A stretch of DNA of 64,000 bases from Vicugna vicugna (lineage: Eukaryota), in assembly GCA_013265495.1 (NCBI GenBank), contig MU058065.1:4257003-4321002 (forward strand), given 5' to 3'. Within the stretch, counting starts at the first letter, position 1. The number at the start of each line of letters is the position of its first letter. Positions 25,421-38,210 of the stretch are shown one piece after another. The notes beneath the pieces were generated by a model. The model saw nothing but the letters and a program-made list of their open reading frames with translations, was not told the origin of the DNA and did no database searches. The position numbers and the translations under genes were made by a program.

Positions 25421-27479
25421 ATTCATGTGATTAAGTAGGGCCTAGTGAAGATAAGGTGATCCAAGGATTTGAACCCTTCTGCACTGCCTAATATTTCTAG
25501 TATGTCCATGTTTCTACAAAGAGGTAGAAAATAAGAGTGAATGAGAAATTGACAATGGCAGCCAATCAGAAGACTTCCTGGAAAATTTCTCTCTGAACTC
25601 TGAATAAAGATAAGCTTGCTTGTCCATCATCAGACTTACCACCCAGAGAGTTTTATATACACACCACGCAGTGCTTCATCATAAGGCTCTGTAAAAATTT
25701 GTGTCTTTGCAAGCCAAGAGTTTTACAGCCATTTTACATTTCTACATCTTGTTGGTTAGTGGTTTCTCTTTCCAAAGCCTTTTCCCTCTAACTGCTCATT
25801 TTCACTTGCTCTTCTAGTAAGGAAGAAAATGGAGCAAGAAAGAATATTACACCAAATAAAATGGTGAGATCCAATTCAACTTGGTAAGTACACTTTAAGT
25901 ATCTACAATCTCCAAGGCTTGTGATAAACGCATTTTGAGCCCAGCCGTGTACACAGACTTCAGTTATGCGTTCTTGGGGTCCTGACCCTGGGAATGTCTC
26001 GGTTCTGCAGCGCCCTCTGTTCAAATCCATCAAGAAAAAGTAGCCCTGAGAAAGGTTCTTAGTCTATTCTAAGGTTTTTCTGGGGGAGGCTTGTTGGACT
26101 ATACTCAGTGAAGAGTGGTTTGGAGCTCTGCTGACACATATCATGCTGAACTTGACCCTCTCTTGTCATGGGAAGTAAGTATGAAACAAAAAGTGTACAC
26201 TGAAAATATTCTTTATAAAAACTTTTTAAGCCTCTGCCCTTCACCATCTAAATGTTATTCATATGAATGCTGTCTACACAAGACAGTTGTTCCAAACATT
26301 CTCCAGGGGAGGATAATCTAGTCCGGATGGAACAGTAGAAACCCAAGAGAGGAGAATCAAGGTGCCAGTTGAGGTAGGACTGATGTGAATGTGAAGAAGG
26401 GACTGGAAGGAAGTCTGAGGTTGAAGGTACATGAGAGACAGCAGAGTCCACATCATGACTTCAGGCCAAGATTATTTCAGGAGCCTCCCGCAAATCTTCT
26501 CTTCTTTCTCTCTTACCTTCTCCAAGTCATCCTAAGCTTTCATGTTACCCCTCTTTAAAACTATTTGTTAAAATTATCTATTACTTACACTCTTGAAAAC
26601 CTCCAATGAATAAAAGGCAGACACCTTCCTGACAACATCCCAGACAAGTTCTCACAATATTAGTTTCCCCATTCTCACCTCCACACTTCTGCAAAGCTCC
26701 TCTCTTCCCCAGCACTCTGTCTGCTTGTAGGTTACCCCAAGGCTACCCACTTTAAAAGAGTGGATAACCAAGGAACTGAGTCTAGACCAAGTTTAGTCAT
26801 TTCCTGGCTGGTCCCTCCCCACTATCCTTCTCATCACTCTTTTCCTCTCTACCTCCTCTGCCTCGGCAATTTTCAGAATGAATCCTTGCACTGAAATCTC
26901 CAACTACACCCTCATCATTACCATTGTTAATTAGCCCACAGGCTCATCACCCAAAAGCTAGATATGCAGAGGCAAGCTTGTCCTTCTGGTGTTTAGCCAC
27001 TTGAATAACCCTATTATTATACAGACTGTCAACATGCATGGAGAGACATTGCATTTGTTAAGAATCTCCTCTAGAGGTCAAGTCTTAATTTAATTTGTAG
27101 GTGCGTTACCTTGCTAGAACAATCCGGTTCTGCTCTTAAGAAGCACCACACACACACCTGAATCAACATGGCTGATCCAACATGGCAAATAGGGGTGTTG
27201 GTCCAAAGTGGGTGATTCACTGTCTATTAACAATTTACTCACTAGCACAACCCAACCAAATGAGTTCATTCTTTCTAAAATAGGAATGTCTCTACAATTA
27301 GCTTGTAACCACCAAGAATGAAGAGGAAAAAACAAAAATGTTGATGGAATAAGGGTAAACCTAGGGCATGGATTCTGTAGCACTTAGAACAGAATGGGGA
27401 GTTAGAAGACACGGTTTTTAGTGAGAATATAACACGGAAGCCCAGAAAGAGAAAATGAAACTGTTTTTTTGAAGGAAAG

Positions 27480-28200
27480 ATGATGAGATACTACTATATA
27501 AAATTAAAATGATCAAGAGAAAACACCAACAATGCTACATGCTGGTGAGGTTGTGGAGCAACTGGAACTCGCATACATTACTGCTGGGGATGCAAAGTGG
27601 TACAGCCACTTTGGAAACATTTTTGCAGTTAAAGGTAGACTTCTCATATGATTCAGCATCCAGTTCTTAGGTATTTACCCAAGTGAAATTAAAACTCATG
27701 TTCATGTAAAAACCTGTACATGAATGTTCACAGTAATTCTATTCATTATCACCAAGTACTGGAAGAAATCCAAATATCTTTCAATGGGTGAATAAACAGT
27801 CCATGATACATCAATATGATGGAGAACTACTCAGCAATAAAAGGGAATGGACTCCGGACACATGGAACAGCTTGGCTGGATCTCAAAGCCATTATGCTGA
27901 GTGAAAGAAGACAGCAGTTTCAAAAGATTACATACTGCATGATTCTTTTTATATGAAAGTCTCAAAAGGATAAAACTATAGTGACAGAGAACAGATCAGA
28001 GGTTGCCAGGGAGCAGAGGTGGAGGAGGGAGCGATCATAAAGAAACAGCATGAGGGAATTTTCGGGTGTGTAAGAGCTGCTCTGTATCCTGATTATTGTG
28101 GTGTTTACGTGAATCTACAAGTGTATTAAAAATTCATAGAACTGCACATCCAGAAAGTCAATTTTACCAAATATTAATTGTAAGTTCAATGTTTAAAAAG
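27480..28200 (+). mobile_element. L1MC/MD-type LINE 3' end
   Basis: gctggtgaggttgtggagcaactggaactc, ggtacagccactttggaaa, taggtatttacccaag, actactcagcaataaaa, attatgctgagtgaaagaag, ggttgccaggg. Confidence 0.93.
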
Positions 28201-28708
28201 AGGCTAAGACAGAAGAGAATATCTAACATTCTTCCTTTAAAAGTTAAGAACAATCTTTACGAAAGAAACCAGTGCCAGAGGGATTTCTTTCTTGCTGCGC
28301 AAAGAAGTCAGAGAAAGTACTGAATCCCTACCAAAGAAGCTGTTAAGAATTCATTATTTTATTTTCCAAGTTGGAAGAAAACTAGTTTTCTGATCTACAA
28401 AGTGAAGAACTGCACAAGGAATTTATGTTTATATTATGAAAGAACCACAGAGTAGCCACATTTCCCCCCCCACCCCTCCAGCATATTTGTTGCTTGAAAA
28501 ACAGGCTTGACTAAAATGTAGTCCTATTAAAAACATCTCTTGGAGAAAGTTGAAAGTTTAAATCAACATATTGTCTTTGGACATGACATTTGCTAGTGAA
28601 AAACCATTGGCTTCTTCAACAGACAAATTCTCTTCCTACCTTTCATGGCTTGGAGAGTGGTTGCCATGGATAGAGACCAGAGCAAAGTCAGGCAGGTTCC
28701 ATTTGCTT

Positions 28709-28749
28709 TCTTTCCTTCTTTTTTTTTTTTTTTTTTTTTTTGGTTTTTT
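28709..28749. repeat. T-rich / poly-T tract
   Basis: Run of more than 20 T within a pyrimidine tract. Confidence 0.9.
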
Positions 28750-29279
28750 AGCTTCTCTCTTCGGCTTTTTCTGTTTAAGCCTATCATTCCCAAGAATTTA
28801 TGAGCTTAATCAGCAATCAAGGGGCACAGCTTTGTTGCGTACATGGCTACATGTGACATTATGTAGTGATGCGTTTCAAACATCTATCAACCCACATAAA
28901 AAGGTAGTTCTTTTATCGTTTTTGCACAGCGTCATCCTTTTCACTATGTGCATGGATGTGGCTTTATCATTAGGCTACAAATTTACCAGATCCTTATTTT
29001 AAATTCTTTATACAAAGGATTTACCTCAGTATATGTTTTTTCTTTTTCCTTTGTGATTTTTTTTTTCTTAACTGGGGAGAATATTTGTTTACTAAAATAA
29101 CTTCTTGTTTAACTATCTGATGCTTTTGTACGGAGCCAGGCATTTCACAGTTCTAATGGCTATACTTCTGTCTTCTGAAATCTATTATCTCTTCTTTACG
29201 CATGTCTAAAGACAGCTACTATTGCTATAAACACAATACAACAAAGTCAAACAAAGATATCTGTGACAGCCTGTAAGAA

Positions 29280-29493
29280 TAGGAGTCAACAAACTGTGAC
29301 CTGTAGGCTGGCTGCCTGTTTTTGTAAATAAAGTTTTAATGGAACACAGCCACACCCGTTTGTTTATATATTATCACTGTTCATTTCACGGTACAATGGT
29401 AGAGGTGGCTAGTTGTGAGAGAGGCTGTATGACACACAAAACTCCAAATATTTACTAACTGGCTCTTTACAGAAACAGTGTGTTGAGCCCCAG
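29280..29493 (+). mobile_element. MER58A hAT-Charlie MITE
   Basis: gcctgtttttgtaaataaagttttaatggaacacagccac...aaatatttacta...ctttacagaaa. Confidence 0.92.
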
Positions 29494-29898
29494 ACAGAAC
29501 GTTTATCTTAACCAGTGCTTCATTTCTGTTATGACAAATTTTGTTCTTAAACATTTAAAAAGCTCAAGTTATATGTAAATGAAATCTCAGCTCATTCATT
29601 TTGAAAACACCTTGGGAGAATATTAAATGGAATTTGAAATTAAGCATTGGACTAATCCATTAAATTGCTGCTTATCAAGCCTGAATGTGGAAAGGCTATG
29701 GCTGGGTTTCCGCAGTGAAAGCTGCATCTAGTGTTCACAGAACTGAAGCCTCGGAGCGCCTGCTCTGCCTAGCCTTGCTAAAGCGATGGGGGGCACAGAA
29801 CCAGAACAAAGGGCATTTGAGTAATGAGAGTGTGCTAGGTAACACTTAACCTGAAAGATAAATATGTATTTTTTTCACTCTAAATCCTAGCATATCTT

Positions 29899-29925
<27 letters not shown>
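29899..29925. repeat. (AAAAC)n microsatellite
   Basis: aaaacaaaacaaaacaaaacaaaaaaa. Confidence 0.9.
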
Positions 29926-29930
<5 letters not shown>

Positions 29931-30404
29931 ACATTTCCATCTTGGAGGCATAAATTGGAGACTATTAACGAAAGGAATTTTGAGCATTCAAAATTGTCAC
30001 TCAGAGGAATTAAGTCTTCAGGAGTTCCTTTGTTGAGTGGATTTGTGTAATAGCCAGCAGGGGGAAAACAAATGATACAAATGGAACCAGTTTGCCCACC
30101 CTTCTCTGTTTGGGATTATGAATGGGTTGTGTTGACTTTAACACTCAGTTTTCATTGGCTGCAAAACCTCACCTGATTGACGTCAGGAGGCACAGTCTGC
30201 ATAAGTCTCCCATTCCTCTAACATATTTAAGGTTTCCCGGGTTTGTTTATAAAGTCCGTACCACAATCCTGAGCATCGCTGCCCCCACCAAGCTGTCATA
30301 CCCAGTGCCAATTCCCTGTAGCCGAAGCCTGGATGATGCTGTGAACTTGCTCTGTTGAGGTAAGACTTACCTCCTATCATCCTGTTGCTGCCCTTATGAA
30401 AGTT

Positions 30405-30520
30405 GAGGGCTACTTCAAAATGTGGTCCACAAATCATCTGTAATAGAATCATCCGAGCATTCTAAAAATACTGAATCCTATCACGTTCCCTAACAACCCA
30501 GAGTGGGACCTAGCAACCTG
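30405..30520. mobile_element. MER5-type fragment
   Basis: ctacttcaaaatgtggtccaca...agaatca...gggacctagcaacctg. Confidence 0.5.
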
Positions 30521-33399
30521 TTAGTGAGAAAGTACAGCAGTAAACAGCAAAAGTACACTCTAAATGTATCTATCTGTTATTAGCAGTTCTCTATACATAT
30601 GTACATAGGATAGAAAACTGTATATAATTAATTCTATAACATGCGCCTGATTATTTTTAATCAATCCTTTCATTTGCTAGAAACCTATGTCCCCAGGGGA
30701 TCAGTCCTGACCTACATTTGACCATCTTCTAGCAATACTCCCACCAAAAAGAGTATCTTAAATTGAAGCCCAATACAGCTATGTATCAATGAACACCTAA
30801 ATGTTTTAAAACTACCCACCTAAAAGAATATTCTTCAAATTTCATCCAACTGGGCAATGCCATATAGCTACTTGGTAAGAGGCTCACTGACACACAGGAA
30901 GAGTGCCTGTGAAAGTAAGTGAAACTGAAGCTAGTACTTTTCTGATAAACCGCTATGTACTTAAAAGTGGTGGGGACCTGGGGTTGGGCTGAGAGCTGAA
31001 ATACAGACTGTGACAAACCCCAGGCAATGCCAGAGTCTTTCTCTTTCCTCTGGTTATTTTTGGGGCCTTGATGTTTTAAACCCATAAACACTGAGAGTGG
31101 AAAGAGAAGCTTGGAAATCATCTACTTGTCAAAAGAAAGGCACAGATTTAAGAAGATCCACCGACCATAAACTCCAGATCAGGATCCTGAGAAATTCATC
31201 TTCCACGGCGTGATGGCTACTCAGACATGAGCACAGAGGTTGAAAAAAGATTTTCCCATATTTAGGGTGTCTGGTGTTAACCACATAAGAAGTTGATAAA
31301 AGTAGCATAAGACTTCTCTCCCCTTCTGCAGTTTTTCACTGGATTGTTGTTTCGGTGGACAGAGAAATTGGTCACAGTGTATTGAAAAGTGTAAATTTAT
31401 ATTCATAAATATAGCAATAAATATTATAAATGTTAAAGTGTGTAGTGTTTATTCCATGTTTTGATCACCTACCAAAGCACAGCTTTAAGCCAGGCGCTCA
31501 GCTATATTTGGTTATAGTATTTCCTCCCTTTTTTAATGGAAGTATAGTTGATGGAAAATATCCTGTATTACTCTTAATTGTTTTTTGATGCCTTGTCTTC
31601 TCCCTCCAACGCATCACCTTTTTTCTTTTCTTTTTTTTTTCCTGGTTCCTTCCATCCGCCTCTCCTTCTTTTTCCTCATTTGTCACTCTTGTATAGCTTT
31701 GTGCCTGAAACTAGGTCATGAGACTGTCAAGATATCAGCTTCAAATTTAGTTCTCAATTCTCTGTCTTTAAACCACTTTATACTTTGGGGATGATTTGCT
31801 CTTCTTTGTGGTTAGATAGAGCAATTTGAATACCCTTTCTGTTGCACATACAAGTTTTTCTTTATATCTACCTGCTTAGATGGCTTCTTATAAGTTATCA
31901 TGCATTGGTATTCACACATTACAGCATCCAGGTTGGCTTAAAAACCTTCAGGTCTTGATAAATTAAAGAAAAAAAAAGAGAAAATCACTTTACAGAAGGA
32001 ACATGAAGTTAATTTTTGTCACCACATTTATAAAACAGTTCCACTAACTGAATACAGACTACTTCTTACAAGTGCAATTATGGTTATGCCTCATTGAGGG
32101 AAAAGATTTTTCAATATTAAAAATAAAAGAAGCCACAGAAAACTCAAATATCCTCCCCTAGGAACCAATGTTAAAATCTGGTGTTCATTAAAATACTTGA
32201 ATGGTAATGGAAGAAAAAAATGTCAGCCCTGTGACATTTCTTTGGACCAAGACAGTGTGGTTTCTCAGTTTTCTCAAGGCCTGGCCAACTTAGGATCTGG
32301 GGAGACTCTTTGGAGACAGGAAATGTGAGGTTGGGTGTGGAGAGTGTGAAAGGGTGAACCGGTCTGGGGCTTCCTTGCACTGTACATCTCCTTGACCTTG
32401 ACCTTGACCTTCCCCATGGGGAGCACAACCAGGTACAAAGAGCCCACTCCCCTTGTGGGTCCCTCTCCATTTCCAGAGATCTCATGGCCAACAAAGTGGG
32501 AAAAAAAGTTCAAAAAAAAAGTATAAAACAAAAAAACAAGACAAAATAAGACAAGACCAAATGTGGAAATTTTGGAGGATCTGTAGGTTTCAGAGTGTGG
32601 GAAGACAAGACATTGTGAAAATCAAGAGCATCATAAAGAAGTGAATCCTTCCACCCCTCCCCCTCCCCAGCCCCCCAACTCTACACACACACTCACCTTC
32701 CTGCCCTTCCCTCCAGCTAGTCCCTTAGCAGGACAGTCCACAGACATCTGCCTAGATTTTTTTCACTCTAATTGGCCATACTATTTAACATTCTACCAGT
32801 GAGAGTCATTTTTGTTACAGAGTTCCCTCCCCTTTTACATCTTAATTTTATTTTCAATGCAAATAACTCCTGAAAGATCAAAAGACTGTCAGCTATTAAT
32901 ACTTCAGAATAAATTAATTGAATCAGATTGCCTTCTGTATAATTCCTAGATAAAACCTGCTGTGCTAAAGAAATAAGACCATTGCAGGGCAGGGAGGGGA
33001 TTTGTTGGCAAGAACCCTGGCTAGAGGCAGGGTAGAAGAGGTCTCTGTAGGTAAGAGAATCTCAGGCTTGGGGTAGCTTTGCTGGTTCTGGGTTTCTGGA
33101 GGTGTGTGGATTGGAGCAAAAAGGCGGGTGGGAGGCTGTCAAGGTCAATATCAGATTATTTGAAATGTTTGCTCCTGGCCATAAAAGGAAAGCTCCCAGC
33201 CTCAAGGCCTCCAGGAACAGAGCTAGAAAGACAGTCAACAGCCAAATTTCTGACTTGCCAATTAGGTGAAAGTCAGTGATAACTTCATTCTGTGTTCATT
33301 GAAATATTTGTTGCTAGTTCTCTATCCTTTTAAACTGATGTATGCATGTATTGTGTGCTAAATAAATGCTAGCCATCTTTATTAGCAGCATACAGTTTT

Positions 33400-34270
33400 A
33401 AAATCATAAATGATCTCTTATTAATGTGAATACAATTTAATTAATTAAGTGACTAATTTTTGAATAGATAACATAAAGGTAATATACAAGCTCAAGAATT
33501 AACTGAGAGGTAAAAGATACATAAATAAAATTTTTTTTTAAATTGTAGAAACAGCAATAGATAGAAATATGGCGGTTAATACAGAAAATTTTCCAAAAAA
33601 GGGAGTCATCCTCCAATGATATTTTGTAGTCTTTTTTTCCCACTAAATATATAGCAGAGTAAATAAGCAGTAATAGAAGCACATATTATCTTTAGTGTCT
33701 GAAAAGTATTTTAATACATAAAGTCACATATTTAACAAGTCAGTTTTTGATATATTCTTAGGCTATTTCTAGTTTTTTAAAAAATATATTATTATAAGCA
33801 ATGCTGTAATTAACTTCTGTGTTTCTATATTTTTGTTCTAAAATTTGGTAGTGGACAAGGACTTTCTAAACATTATACCAAAGATAGAGCCAATGAAAAA
33901 AGAGTCTAAATTTCTCAACCAAAAAAAAAAATTATGCTACTAAAGAATGGTGGAAACAAACTCAACCTTATAAAAAATTTTAAAAGACAAATGACAAACT
34001 GGGATTTGCAACTTAAGTAGTAAAAGAATGTATCTTCAATATAAAAAGTGTATTCATGAATTGAAAATGTCTATGCTAACTGACTATACTTCAATTAAAA
34101 AATAATAATGTTGAAAAAATACGTCTACACTCACCGAAATATGGGAGAAGACCTTACACAGGCAGGTATTAAAAAATTAAGTGTTGATAATGAGATGCCT
34201 TCTTTTTGCCAAAAAGCAAACATTATTTTTTAAATAATTCTTAGGATCATTGAGAGAATGAAGAAATTCA
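33400..34270. mobile_element. Degraded old L1M fragments (apparently minus then plus orientation)
   Basis: AT-rich; taggctatttctagttt...ataagcaatgctgtaattaac (reverse L1); aaggactttctaaac...aaaagacaaatgacaaactggga (forward L1 ORF2). Confidence 0.6.
34078..34120 (+). mobile_element. Extremely truncated L1 tail
   Basis: aactgactatacttcaattaaaaaa matches the L1 terminus at about 2230-2250; flanked by atgtctatgct/acgtctacact. Confidence 0.7.
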
Positions 34271-34329
34271 CGTTTTGAACACAATTTGCCCTTTTCTCTT
34301 TCTACAGATTTTTCCGTAAGATTGCATCT

Positions 34330-35310
34330 ACCTTTGCCTTTAAATATCATATGTATCCCAGCTGTTCCTAATTATATATGTCTTGTCTCTGGGCTTTACA
34401 TCACACACCTATGTGCCTACTTGAGCTATCCACTTCATTATCTGACAAATATCTGAAAATTTACGTAGCCAAACAACAGTTTTAATTTTCTGCTCAAGCC
34501 TGGCTGTCTCCCGGTCTTTATTCATCCAGGGGTCCAAGACTCAGCGTAGAATTATTCTTGACACCATTCTTCTTTCTCTCCTCACTCAGTATCACCAACT
34601 CCTATCAGCCCATCTTCACACATGTTGTCAGTTCAGCCACTTGTTTCCAGCTCCGTCAAGATGGCCTTAGACCAAGCCACCACCTTCTCTTGTTTCTTAA
34701 TTGCTCCCTTCAGCTCCTTCGCCCCTTCCCCACGGATCGTCCACTGGGCAATCGGAATGATACTTTTTAAATGTCATTAGATCATGCTTCTTCTAAGCTT
34801 GAAACTCTGCAATGGCTTTTCCCCACTCTTTCATAAAATTTAAGCTCTCCAATGGCTTTTCATGAATCTTCCATTAAATTCAAACCTAGAAGAGTACATA
34901 GTAGGCACACAATGTTTATCGAATAAATGGTTACCAAGCCCCTCTGTGGTGTGGACACTACCCACTGCTAGAGTCTTACTCAAGGTAGCCTTTTGACCTC
35001 TTTCTCTTCTTCCTTCCTTTTCCACCTTCCCTTGGGGTCCTCAAATGTGCCAAGTTCTTACCTGGGTCAGGAGCTTTGCAGCCACGCCTCCCTTTTCCCT
35101 GGAATGCCCTTGCCCTGCTCTCAGAGGGCTGCCTCCTCCTTGTCATTCAGGACATAACAGATAGGTGCTGCCTCCTCAGTGAGGTCTTCCCTGAACAGCT
35201 CATCTATGTCTGCTCAGCCCCCTGCTCAGTATGCAGTTTTGAAATGATAATGAACCACTGGTTTTCTTCCCTGGCTTGTAGATTCTTGTTTCTCACACAG
35301 TGAATAGGAT
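34330..35310 (+). mobile_element. L2 LINE fragments
   Basis: cctacttgagctatccactt, ttcttgacacc, tttaaatgtcattagatcatg, ctgcaatggcttt, tagtaggcacacaatgtttatcgaat, cctggaatgccct, cctcagtgaggtcttccctga. Confidence 0.8.
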
Positions 35311-36362
35311 GTCTCTTGATTCATCATCTTAGGAAGATGAATGCCATGTGTCATAACGATAGAACATCATTGTGCCTGCCTTCTTGCTCTGACATAGCCA
35401 TCAGCGGATGGATGCTGGGCAGCGTGGATTTATATTTTTTGCTGCATTCAATCAGGCACAAAACACCATGGAGAGAATGTCAGTTTATTGCAGCTCAAGG
35501 TGAATTTCTTTCTCCTCAAGCAATGACATAAAAGTTCCCCAGGGGGCAGCCCCTCGGGGACCGGCTTGATTGTATTTTTCCATAAATGAGCTTTCACGGG
35601 GAAGCGTTAGGTTCTGGCTTGATAGAGCTGGCTGGACCTGTGATGGGGTTGGATATTGCCACCCCATGCTCTTTTCCAGGGCAAAGCTGGATTGATTGCA
35701 TTATTTAGAGTAAGCAAAGCCCCCCAAAAAAGCAAAGTGCTTGACTTTCAGGCTTTTCCTTGAAAAGAGGAGAGCTGATGGCAGCTGCATTTCAAAAGGA
35801 GGGGGGAGTGACAACTGAATATTCAGTCCATGGTCTGTTCTCCGGGTGGATTTCATTTTTGCCTATTTTCCATCGGACTGCATTTATTCACAATGCTGAG
35901 CACAGGCCCTTGCCAGGGGCTGTCCTCTCCGGGTCGGGAGGCTGGTGGCCTGTAAGAAGGAGCGGTTGGAGGCCAAGGCAGCAGTGGTTTTTAACTCACA
36001 CTCAGAGGAACTGGAGGTTTACGAGGAGGTCAGCAGAGGAGCCTGGAAAATAATTTCAGAAGGTCTGATATTTTATTTTTCTAGTAATGCCAGTCCTTTG
36101 TTTCTTTTTTCGGACAAGACATATCAGTAGATGGGTCTCCTAAGTTTTACACTAACTAAAGTATATAGGGAGTTCAGACCTTCATGGTAAAAAATATTAT
36201 TTGAAAAGAAGAAATAGTCCCAATATGGATGCATAGTGTTTTATCTGGAAGCAGTATTTAGAGATATTCATAGGGAAAAAAAAATAGATGTCTACAGTAA
36301 CTTGCAAATATATTTGAACTAGTAGCCAAGGGACCTAGCCCTAAGAGTGAGGCTTTGATACC

Positions 36363-38210
36363 TGTATCAGGAAAAACTCAATTCTTCCCTCCTGTGTCTT
36401 TCTTTCCTGTGTGTCTCCTTTACTGCTCAAGCAGAACCTTTTCCTTTTTTTTTCTTTTTTAAATTGATTGATTGATTTATAGAAGTATAGCTGATTTACA
36501 ATGTCATTTTAGTTTATGATGTATAGCATAGTGATTCAGTTATACATATATATATTCTTTTTTGTATTCTTTTCCATTATAGGTTATTATAAGATATTGA
36601 AAATAGCTCCCTGTGCTATATGGTAGAACTTTGTTGTTTATCTGTTTTATATATTGTAGTGTAATCTGCTATCTGCTAATCCCAAATCCCTCATTTATCC
36701 CTTTTCCCCCTTTCCCCTTTTGGTAGCCGTAAGTTTGTCTTCTATGTTTGTGACTCTGTTTCTGTTTGGTAAATAAGTTCATTTGTATCATTTTTCAGAT
36801 TCCACAAATAAGTGATACCATATGATGTTTGTCTTTCTCTATTGGACTTACATCACTTAGTATGATAATCTCTAGGTCCATCCATGTTGCTGCAAATGTC
36901 ATTACTTAATTCTTTTTTATAGCTAAGTAATATTTCATTATGTATATATATATATAATGTGTATACACACACACACACACCACATCTTCTTTGTCCATTT
37001 ATGTGCAAGTGGACATTTAGGTTGTGTCCATGTCTTGGCTACTGTAAGTAGTGCTGCTATGGATATTGGGGTGCATGTATCTTTTCAAATTAAAGTTTTC
37101 TCTGGATATATGCCCAGGAGTGGGATTGCTAGATCACATGGTAAGTCTATTTTCAGTTTTTTAAGAAGTCCCCATACTGCTTTCTATAATGGCTGCACCA
37201 AACTGCATTCCTACTAGCAATGTAAGAGGGTCCCCTTTTCTCCACACCCTCTCCAGCGTTTATCATTTGTGGACTTTTGAGCGATGGCCATTCTGATTGA
37301 TGTGAGGTGATACCTCATTGTAGTTTTGATTTGCATTTCTCTGATAATTAGGGATGCTGAGCATCTCTTCATATGCCTGTTGTCCATCTGGATGTCTTCT
37401 TTGGAGAAATGTCCATTTAGGTCTTCTGTTCAACTTTTAATTGGGCAGAACCCTTCAGTTCTGCCACTTCTGGTCACCAGATGTGTGGAGGTTTTCCTCC
37501 ACATGTTAGCTGGGGGTCCTCCAATTTAATTCACTTCTGACACTATCTACCTGGAGATAGCATCAGATCCCACAGGCTAGGGGCTCAGTCCCATAAGACT
37601 GCTCCCCACTTCAGACACCAATCACATGTCGTAGGCCCCTAGGTTACCCACAACTGCTGTTCAACTTGACTACATATCAGTTTCCCATGATCCCCTGCTC
37701 AGGTTTGATGGATTTACTAGAGAGACTCACAGAACTCAGGAAAATACTTACCCGTTTATTAAAGGATACCATTAAGGATACAGATGAACAGCCAGATGAA
37801 AAGATACACAGGGTGAGGTCTGGGAGAGTTGCAGGTGCAGGAGGTTCTGTCCCGGTGGAGTTGGAGTGCATCAGCCTCCTGGTACATGCATGTGTACACC
37901 AGCCAGGAAGCTCCTAAACTCCATATTATTGAGACTTTTTATGGAGGCTTCATCAAGTAGGCATCATGGATCATTAACTTTATTTTCAGTTCTTCTCCCT
38001 TCTCAAGAGAATGAGGGGCATGGCTGAAAATTCCAAGCTTCTGATCTTGGTTTCTTTCCAGTGACCAGCCCTCATCCAGGAGTCATCCAGGAGCAGGTTC
38101 AGAGTCACCTCATTGGAACAAAAGACACTGCTATCACTCTGCAAATCACAAGGGTTTTAGGAGCCCTGTGTCAGGAACCAGAGGCAGAGACCAATACATA
38201 TTTTCTATCA
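36363..38210 (-). mobile_element. MER21-type LTR, split by an L1
   Basis: ttctgacactatctacctggagatagcatcagatcccacagg, ctcacagaactcagg, gatgaacagccagatgaa, agggttttaggagccctgtgtcaggaacc. Confidence 0.88.
36442..37444 (-). mobile_element. 5'-truncated L1 (about 1 kb) nested in the MER21 LTR
   Basis: T-rich tail on the left, reverse 3'UTR and ORF2 end (tctaggtccatccatgttgctgcaaatg; tgtgaggtgatacctcattgtagttttgatttgcatttc); TSD gcagaaccttt 36431-36441 / gcagaaccctt 37445-37455. Confidence 0.95.

Noticed and set aside
26004..26024. CTCF-like gcagcgccctctgttca
   Set aside because: Only part of the core matches; not supportable without a PWM scan or ChIP data.
28571..29002. 143-aa ORF with poly-Phe (poly-Lys on the opposite strand)
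   Set aside because: Artefact of the poly-T tract.
36957..37529. ORFs resembling database hypothetical proteins
   Set aside because: Antisense translations of L1 ORF2 sequence.
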